From a virus (lineage: Duplodnaviria > Heunggongvirae > Uroviricota > Caudoviricetes), in IMG/VR virus record IMGVR_UViG_2602041644_000008, positions 1-37,809 of that record: DNA of 37,809 bases; one strand, written 5' to 3'. Position 1 is the stretch's first letter. Every line of letters begins with the position of its first letter. Under the pieces are notes generated by a model. That model worked only from the letters and a program-made list of their open reading frames with translations, did no database searches and was not told where the DNA came from. A program made the position numbers and the translations under genes. This document shows positions 7,536 through 13,698 of the stretch, one piece after another.

Positions 7536-8228
7536 ATGAATACCAAACCTTCCATCTTTTCCTTTGAGTCATCCTGCCAGATCCGTATGTTCATGATTGA
7601 CGGAGAACCTTGGTTTGTCACCAAAGATGTGTGCAATGCTTTGAATATTGATGTTACACAAGCGAGAAAACTTGATAAAAAAGGCTGGAACAAAAAGGGG
7701 CTGTATTCAATACAGACCCCTGGTGGAATACAAGAACTATCCATCGTTTCAGAATCAGGTCTCTACATCCTTATTCTGCGTTGCAAAGAGGCAATGACAG
7801 AGGGAACGAGAGCGTTCAGATTTCTTGAATGGGTTACAGGTGAGGTTCTTCCTCAGATCCGCCGCACCGGAAGTTACATTAAAAACTCGCTCCCGCAGGA
7901 AGAACGCATAAAGATGGTTGCCGACCAGGTAGCCAACGCCACAGCATCAGCAATGATGCAGGCAATGAAGATAGAGAACAAAACCTACAGTGCCCCACTG
8001 AAGCCCGGCTACCGTAGCCTGATTCATTCTCCGTCTGGTGTTCTCGGCCTGACGGAGAACTCACTGCTGATGAATCTGCTGAACCAGTTACAGGAAGACG
8101 GGCACGATGTATCGGGCGCGGCGGCGGAGCTGACCACCATGTTCTGCTACATCGTCGGTGTGAGCAAATGCCTGCGTGATATCCAGACCCACGCGGAGTA
8201 CATCAACGACAAAGCAGGATTCTTCTGA
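7536..8228 (+). CDS. Bro-N domain antirepressor-like protein
   Basis: The track ORF starts at 7491; ATG 7536 (MNTKPSIF...) has SD AAAGGTGA, giving 230 aa. Bro-N motif FSFESSCQIRMFMIDGEPWFVTKDVCNALNI. The C-terminal 65 aa are paralogous to the small protein at 6133-6390. Confidence 0.8.
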   Translation: MNTKPSIFSFESSCQIRMFMIDGEPWFVTKDVCNALNIDVTQARKLDKKGWNKKGLYSIQTPGGIQELSIVSESGLYILILRCKEAMTEGTRAFRFLEWVTGEVLPQIRRTGSYIKNSLPQEERIKMVADQVANATASAMMQAMKIENKTYSAPLKPGYRSLIHSPSGVLGLTENSLLMNLLNQLQEDGHDVSGAAAELTTMFCYIVGVSKCLRDIQTHAEYINDKAGFF

Positions 8229-8236
8229 CGGGCGGC

Positions 8237-8256
8237 GGCACAGGGATGTGCCTTTA
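8237..8256 (+). terminator. Terminator after the Bro-N gene
   Basis: GGCACA-GGGA-TGTGCC hairpin followed by TTTAAATAATT. Confidence 0.55.
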
Positions 8257-8272
8257 AATAATTCTGTACAGA

Positions 8273-8301
8273 TTGCAGACCGGGGGTGAATAGCGTACTA
8301 T
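8273..8301 (+). promoter_or_regulatory. Sigma70-like promoter of the YafO-like cassette
   Basis: TTGCAG-N17-TACTAT. The last T of the -10 is the first T of the operator at 8301. Confidence 0.55.
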
Positions 8302-8315
8302 TACCTTAAAGGTAA
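8301..8315. promoter_or_regulatory. Operator copy (exact)
   Basis: TTACCTTAAAGGTAA, identical to the copy at 7161. Confidence 0.75.
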
Positions 8316-8357
8316 ACCTGTTTTTATTTTATACCTGTAACTTACCGGAGATTAAAG

Positions 8358-8684
8358 ATGACAAAACTTGGATTCGTGATGAGAGGTCCGGTAAGAAGCG
8401 GAACTCATGCAAAGCGTAGCAAGAGTCGTATTTTTACTGGTAAGGTTGTAGCACGTAAATCAGCTATTGGCTCGTTCAATAGTGAAAATGCGGCATTGCG
8501 CCATATTTTTATCAGCACAAAGCCAAGAGCATCCGCTGATGTGCATACAATGTCTATTCCTATCACAAAGAATATCAAGCGGATAAAAAAGCTCTCATCT
8601 GCAGAATCAAAAGAGATATCTTTCCGCCAGCTTAACTCATTAGAAACGCATATGAAGGAAGAGGAATTCGATGTTTTTGAGTGA
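8358..8684 (+). CDS. Basic 108-aa protein of unknown function; candidate partner/antitoxin of the downstream YafO-like protein
   Basis: SD GGAG 7 nt upstream. Lys/Arg-rich N-terminal two thirds and an acidic tail (EEEFDVFE). Its 3' end overlaps the next gene by 14 nt. I recognise no family. Confidence 0.6.
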   Translation: MTKLGFVMRGPVRSGTHAKRSKSRIFTGKVVARKSAIGSFNSENAALRHIFISTKPRASADVHTMSIPITKNIKRIKKLSSAESKEISFRQLNSLETHMKEEEFDVFE

Positions 8685-9183
8685 GTATAGCGGGAAGGTT
8701 ATACCTACTGGTGAGTTTAAAACTGATGACTTTCTGATTTCGCTAAAAGATGCTTTTAAACAACACTGGCGTCATGGTCATCATCCTGATCTGGGAAAAG
8801 ATACTCTTTTTGAAAGACCAGACGAAGTATTAGGCTTCCATCTCAGAAAGGTTCATGTCAATATTGGTGAATATGCATCATATTCATACTCATGTACTGA
8901 ACAGTGTTGGGATGAGTGGTCATATGGATTGATTGATGAACAAGGAAATTACAGGCCAAAACCAACCAGTAACGCATATCTCATATATGCAGTCAATGAA
9001 ATAAGAGATGCAGCCTTACTAGCTTATTGGGACCCGCCCGCACACACCAAAGCTAACGCAAAAGTTTGGATGGATTCCGTATTGAATTTCACAAAATTAT
9101 TTCATGAACGAACTAATACAGCTCCACTTAGTAGAAATGTTTATCCGTGGGATTATTCGTACAAATCCAAAAAGCCTGCATAG
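8671..9183 (+). CDS. YafO-family toxin-like protein (putative ribosome-dependent mRNA interferase) with an insertion
   Basis: 170 aa. GKDTLFERP...LRKVHVNIG and TSNAYLIYAVNEIRDAALLAYWDPPAHTKA parallel the YafO blocks FGRDALY...VAHIHL and SHLVYC...YLLIAVISPDAH, as I remember them. An extra Cys/Trp-rich segment (YSYSCTEQCWDEWSYGLIDEQGNY) lies between the blocks. Confidence 0.55.
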   Translation: MFLSEYSGKVIPTGEFKTDDFLISLKDAFKQHWRHGHHPDLGKDTLFERPDEVLGFHLRKVHVNIGEYASYSYSCTEQCWDEWSYGLIDEQGNYRPKPTSNAYLIYAVNEIRDAALLAYWDPPAHTKANAKVWMDSVLNFTKLFHERTNTAPLSRNVYPWDYSYKSKKPA

Positions 9184-9264
9184 TAGTTTTTTATGGACGA
9201 AACAAAAGTCAGTGCTACACTCATTGACGCCACATTGAGGTGGCTTATAGATGGAAATTTCACA

Positions 9265-9426
9265 ATGAAAAAAGCATTTGCTGCACTGTTCGTTTTGTTG
9301 TCTCTGGTAGCTTCAACTCAGGCCTTTGCCGGTCGTTGTCAGCACGACAGCGATACTGCCGCTGACGGCTCCCGCTGCGGTGGGCGTTCTGCGGATTCCC
9401 GCCCGGGCGGCGGTGGCATTCGTTAA
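9265..9426 (+). CDS. Secreted mini-protein (53-aa precursor, about 31-aa mature, 2 Cys, Gly/Arg/Asp-rich)
   Basis: The internal Met of track ORF 9193..9426 gives a canonical signal peptide MKKAFAALFVLLSLVASTQAFA|GRCQHDSDTAADGSRCGGRSADSRPGGGGIR. The SD is weak and the start is uncertain. Confidence 0.45.
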   Translation: MKKAFAALFVLLSLVASTQAFAGRCQHDSDTAADGSRCGGRSADSRPGGGGIR

Positions 9427-9432
9427 AAACAA

Positions 9433-9448
9433 GGCCGCGAAAGCGGCC
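9433..9448. terminator. Bidirectional terminator between convergent genes
   Basis: GGCCGC-GAAA-GCGGCC (GNRA loop), with an A-run on the left and TGTTTG on the right. Confidence 0.7.
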
Positions 9449-9455
9449 TGTTTGA

Positions 9456-10307
9456 TCACTGTGCAGTTTTCGCTGATCGATTTTCAGCTCTAAATTCAAG
9501 AACCGTTTCAATATTTCTTTCCTTCAGCATATCAATAACATTTTTATTCACTTGACTATCACTGGTTAATAACTGGTAAACGTTGCTTCTCTCTTTATCA
9601 GAGTTTTCTTTAACAGCTGCTTTGCATGCCAAATGCTTATTGAAATTTTCTACATCGCTAGTACAGGAATTTACGGCTGCTGATGAAATATCAGACGCTG
9701 AAGAAACACCATCATCCAAACGTTTTATAGCATTTTCTATACATGAGTTAAGGGAATAAACGACAACTGAGCGATACCCTTCAGACGCACACCATTCTAA
9801 ATTTCTTGAAGGATCGAGTGGTTTTACTTCGCTGGATTGAATTAACTTGTCAAAAACTGACTTATATTCAATCTGTTTTTTATCTATAGCCCATACTTCA
9901 GTAGCTGATTTATAATTCCCCGTATGCCTATTAACATCAAATCCATGTTTTATAAGCAAATCTGCCCATGAAAGATTTATTGATTCATTGTTATGAGGCC
10001 ATTTTCCTGTCAGAACCGCCCCCATAGACCCCATATATCCGCCATATGATGGTATAGCACCATGGCTCAGTAACTTCTCAGCAACCACAGGGCAATTAAT
10101 TACATAAGAGGCGTAAAGCCCATTCCATAAAGCCCCTCTATAGTAATCGCCACGATTAGGTTCTTTTAAGTCGATAGCCTTTGATAATTGTTCACACGTT
10201 TTGCATGCATCAAAGTTATCCTTATTGCATTGCAATGAACTGGCAGCTGTAGGATTTACAGAGACTATTGAAAGCACTATGCCAAAAAACAAATTTATTT
10301 TTTTCAT
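9456..10307 (-). CDS. AT-rich periplasmic protein of unknown function (possible ankyrin-like repeats)
   Basis: 283 aa with signal peptide MKKINLFFGIVLSIVSVNPTAA. Motifs EKLLSHGAIP and ADLLIKHGFDVN resemble the ankyrin LLxxGAxxN signature. Many Cys. ATG lies 2 nt after the stop of the 1129-aa gene. Confidence 0.6.
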   Translation of the reverse strand: MKKINLFFGIVLSIVSVNPTAASSLQCNKDNFDACKTCEQLSKAIDLKEPNRGDYYRGALWNGLYASYVINCPVVAEKLLSHGAIPSYGGYMGSMGAVLTGKWPHNNESINLSWADLLIKHGFDVNRHTGNYKSATEVWAIDKKQIEYKSVFDKLIQSSEVKPLDPSRNLEWCASEGYRSVVVYSLNSCIENAIKRLDDGVSSASDISSAAVNSCTSDVENFNKHLACKAAVKENSDKERSNVYQLLTSDSQVNKNVIDMLKERNIETVLEFRAENRSAKTAQ

Positions 10308-10308
10308 C

Positions 10309-13300
10309 CTATTTCATCTGCTCTTCAACTTTATTTAGTAATGGTGATATCGCCCACAGATTCTGAAAAGGTAGCATTTTACGGACAGCGTGGGTTTGCT
10401 GGCTGTCAAATTCTCCGTTAAGTACACCATTCGCAACCGTCGCGGCATCACCGCCAAGATCAAAGGTAGGACCAAGTAAAGCACCAATAGTATTACGACT
10501 CTGAAACCTTGATACCGGAGGCGCACCAAACATCGCGCCAAGACCAAACCTACCGCCGCTTATGTTCTCAACGGTATTCAGCGGCTCAGAGAGCCAGCCA
10601 AGCATTCCGCCCCGGTCGATCCCCTCTTTCACAAGGTTATTCCAGCTGTAGTCGATATCGCGACCGCTTAACTTCTGTTTCATCATATAGACCATTGAGC
10701 CAAGCGCAATCGTGCCAAGCGCACCAAGATAGAATGCAGCATCGCCCTGCTGGATACCAGATACTAGCACCCTGTTATGCTGTGCGAAGATAAACGTTTT
10801 GAACTGCGTGATCATCTTCCAGCCTTCTTTACTAAAAAACAGCGGTGTATCACCTACGCCAGGCGTTACAATCACTGAGTCTACATCTTTCAGCACTGCA
10901 GACTGGAAAATCTCTCTAGCGAAACGGTCATCCCACAGATGACTATGCCCGGTTAACAGCCCGTCCATATCCTCTCCGTGCTTCCCGAATTGCTCCCCGA
11001 TTCGGCGCAGAACATCTTCATTGATGCCGACCTGTGCCATCTTCCGCATTTCACTTTTGGAGAGCGTGCCACCAGCAGAAACTTGGCGAGCCGCGTCAAG
11101 TATCCTCGACTGCACTATCATCCCGGACCATGATTTAAGTGCGCTGTTCCACTGATTCATCAGCGTCCAGTTACCGAATTTCTGCGTCATCCAGTTCAGG
11201 CCTCGCTCAGCGGCGCTTCTCCGGCTATAGGGGTCAGTAAGATCCGCTATAGCCTTTGTACGCGTAGACAGGACATAATCAAGCCCAACGGCCATTTCTC
11301 GCAAATCCCTGGTTGCAATCTTCACTGAGTCCATATTTTTAAGCATGCTTACCATTGGTCCGAGAGATTTTCTCAGGCCATGCTGCATCATCGGTCGCAT
11401 CAGATCAGTTGCAGCGGAGACGGTCATTCCACCAAGCAAACGGAGGAAGTTAATATTCCTAGCAACTCGCCCGGCACGAACAAAGAAACTGCGTGGATCT
11501 TGAGGTGCGCCGTAAGTACCAAGCAGTCGGTCACGCATAGCCGTAATATCCCTAATATCAGCCTCCCGTTGCTTCTCAAGAGCTGCACGTCGTTTAGGTG
11601 TTTTAGCCTCTTTTATTAGCCGGGTATATTCCTCACTAACCTGACGGATTTGCTCCCCCATATCTTTACGGCCAAACTGCGCAGTCAGCTCAATTTCTGG
11701 CGCCACCTGCCGGAGATAACTTTCCATGATGTAGTTAACATCTGATTCAAGAAAATCTTCTATACGCTCATCAGGAATAAGCAGCGTTCGGCTTTTAGTG
11801 AAACCAGCCCGACCAACGAGTCTCTCTGGGATAATATCGGCTGGTACAAGCCCGGAAGGTGCGCCTATTATTTTATTCACGATCTCGTCAGCAGCGTCCT
11901 CTGCTTCCTCTCGGGATAGAGGCTCCATCTGCTTCAGTGCTCGCTCGCGGCTTGCATTCAGCCTTGTGGTTGAATTTGCCCGTTTTTGCAGTCGGCGAAG
12001 CTCAGAACGATATTTCCGTGGATTATCCAGCAACTCCATATGGCGCTGATAGACAGGAAGCTCACTCTTTGCCTGCGCTATATCATCAAGGCGAGTTTTA
12101 AGGTCAGAGCTTTCTTTCATCATTCTTGCCTGAAGTTTTTCTGATGAAGTCTCGGCCAACTCTTTTTCTATTCTTGTAAGACGCGCCTGTGTGTCAGTCT
12201 CCTGAGATATAAGCCTATTTCGTTTATCCAGTTCTTCCATGAGTAGAATTTTTTTACCAGACCATTTCTCCGCTTCAGCGATTTCACTAGCGAGAGCATC
12301 AGCGCGCAGTGCTGATTCCTCTGCAGTTTTTAGCAATGAATTTATCTTTTCAATTCGCTGACCTGCTTTGTCAGCACCTTTGGCACTAATCCCTTGTATC
12401 CAGTTGGCAATTCGCCCTCTGAATTCCGTGCGGTCGGAAAGTATCTTATCGAACTTATAAATGCGGGGAAGATAACTTTTCGCCGTCACGACATCGATAT
12501 CCTCAGGAAGGATCCCCAATTCCTGCATACGGGCTTTTGTGGTCTCAAAAATGGGGCGGATTCTGGCGGCTGCTTGTGAAACCTCAGGAATATCACTCTG
12601 ATCACCACGGCGCATAGCCATGCCAACAGCTTCATTGAAATCAATAAAGTTCATCCTCTTCACGCCGCGGGCGCTGACAGATTTGCTGTACTGCTGGTAA
12701 GCATCACGAGTAGCTTCCATCTGCTTATAAAGCATGGCGTCGTATTGCTTAATCTTAGTCTCGACTGCCGTAAACGTAGCCAACCCCTCATCATTTTTGG
12801 CGAAGAAATAGTTATTTTCGGCAAGCTGCTGGTTAATCTGACGGGAAACAAGAGATGGTGATTGCGCCAAGCGGCCAGCAGGAGTGACACTCAACGTTTT
12901 GTTAGCAAGTCCAAGTCCAGCGAGCTGTTCCTGATCGAGTGTGGTATTGAAAACCTGAGCTGCACCAATGCTTTGAGGAGAATCCATACCTCGCAAATGA
13001 TTACCTACTGAGTTAACCACTGCCTCGCGCGCGCTAGGTCCAGCAAGTAGCTGTGCACCAGCACCAAGGATCCCACCAACGAGAGCATCAACAACAACGT
13101 TCGATACGCTCTCCATCGGTGAGCGAGCTTCCTGAGTGGCCTGCAATGCGGCCTCTGAAGCAACACTGCCAGCAGCATTGGCTAAAGCAAAACGTCCGGC
13201 TGTTTCTGCAATACGACCGCCACGAACGACAGCGCCGAACGGAATAAACATAGAAATCGCATTGAATGGATCTGCTAATCTCATTGCTACAGAAGAGACT

Positions 13301-13698
13301 GTACCAGCAAATCCCAAGCCTGAATTGTATTCCATGTCAGCTCTCTGCTGATCGATTCGATGTTTAATTGCCATTGTTTCTTCAGGCGAACCGGAGTTGA
13401 TAAACGAATCTGCAAAATCTTCATAGCCTTTAATATCTGCTGCATCGTTATCAAATGGGTTATATCCTTCAACCCTGTCAAACTGACTGAAAGGAGCACT
13501 GGCAATAAAGCTACCCAGCGTGTTATCTATACGAAATGCTGCTTGTCTAGACCTTTGAACGCGTTGATCACTGGTAAATGGGTTCACAGCAGAAAGCAAA
13601 GAAGGTGTTTCCATATAGAAATTACTGTCATCAGGTGCTGCTATTTGCTGAATATCCTCGCCAAGCAACTCTTTAGGATCCTGTTCATATATCGGCAT
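10309..13698 (-). CDS. Large internal virion / DNA-ejection protein (T7 gp16 positional analogue)
   Basis: 1129 aa, last and largest of three consecutive overlapping-start genes after the tail hub. Long coiled-coil centre and Gly/Ala-rich hydrophobic stretches. Confidence 0.6.
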   Translation of the reverse strand: MPIYEQDPKELLGEDIQQIAAPDDSNFYMETPSLLSAVNPFTSDQRVQRSRQAAFRIDNTLGSFIASAPFSQFDRVEGYNPFDNDAADIKGYEDFADSFINSGSPEETMAIKHRIDQQRADMEYNSGLGFAGTVSSVAMRLADPFNAISMFIPFGAVVRGGRIAETAGRFALANAAGSVASEAALQATQEARSPMESVSNVVVDALVGGILGAGAQLLAGPSAREAVVNSVGNHLRGMDSPQSIGAAQVFNTTLDQEQLAGLGLANKTLSVTPAGRLAQSPSLVSRQINQQLAENNYFFAKNDEGLATFTAVETKIKQYDAMLYKQMEATRDAYQQYSKSVSARGVKRMNFIDFNEAVGMAMRRGDQSDIPEVSQAAARIRPIFETTKARMQELGILPEDIDVVTAKSYLPRIYKFDKILSDRTEFRGRIANWIQGISAKGADKAGQRIEKINSLLKTAEESALRADALASEIAEAEKWSGKKILLMEELDKRNRLISQETDTQARLTRIEKELAETSSEKLQARMMKESSDLKTRLDDIAQAKSELPVYQRHMELLDNPRKYRSELRRLQKRANSTTRLNASRERALKQMEPLSREEAEDAADEIVNKIIGAPSGLVPADIIPERLVGRAGFTKSRTLLIPDERIEDFLESDVNYIMESYLRQVAPEIELTAQFGRKDMGEQIRQVSEEYTRLIKEAKTPKRRAALEKQREADIRDITAMRDRLLGTYGAPQDPRSFFVRAGRVARNINFLRLLGGMTVSAATDLMRPMMQHGLRKSLGPMVSMLKNMDSVKIATRDLREMAVGLDYVLSTRTKAIADLTDPYSRRSAAERGLNWMTQKFGNWTLMNQWNSALKSWSGMIVQSRILDAARQVSAGGTLSKSEMRKMAQVGINEDVLRRIGEQFGKHGEDMDGLLTGHSHLWDDRFAREIFQSAVLKDVDSVIVTPGVGDTPLFFSKEGWKMITQFKTFIFAQHNRVLVSGIQQGDAAFYLGALGTIALGSMVYMMKQKLSGRDIDYSWNNLVKEGIDRGGMLGWLSEPLNTVENISGGRFGLGAMFGAPPVSRFQSRNTIGALLGPTFDLGGDAATVANGVLNGEFDSQQTHAVRKMLPFQNLWAISPLLNKVEEQMK

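Noticed and set aside
7180-7744. ORFs 7180-7389 (+) and 7397-7744 (-) in the antirepressor leader, and the 7491 start of the Bro-N ORF
   Set aside because: The first spans a promoter, an operator and a terminator. The second is antisense to the Bro-N coding sequence. The 7491 extension lacks an SD, whereas ATG 7536 has AAAGGTGA.
3226-8278. Shared 11-mer ACAGATTGCAG at 3226-3236 and 8268-8278 (the second includes the -35 of the YafO-cassette promoter)
   Set aside because: Hundreds of repeated 11-mers are expected by chance in a 38-kb window. The first copy does have a possible TTGCAG-N18-TATAGA pair, but it has no operator or downstream gene, so the evidence is too weak.
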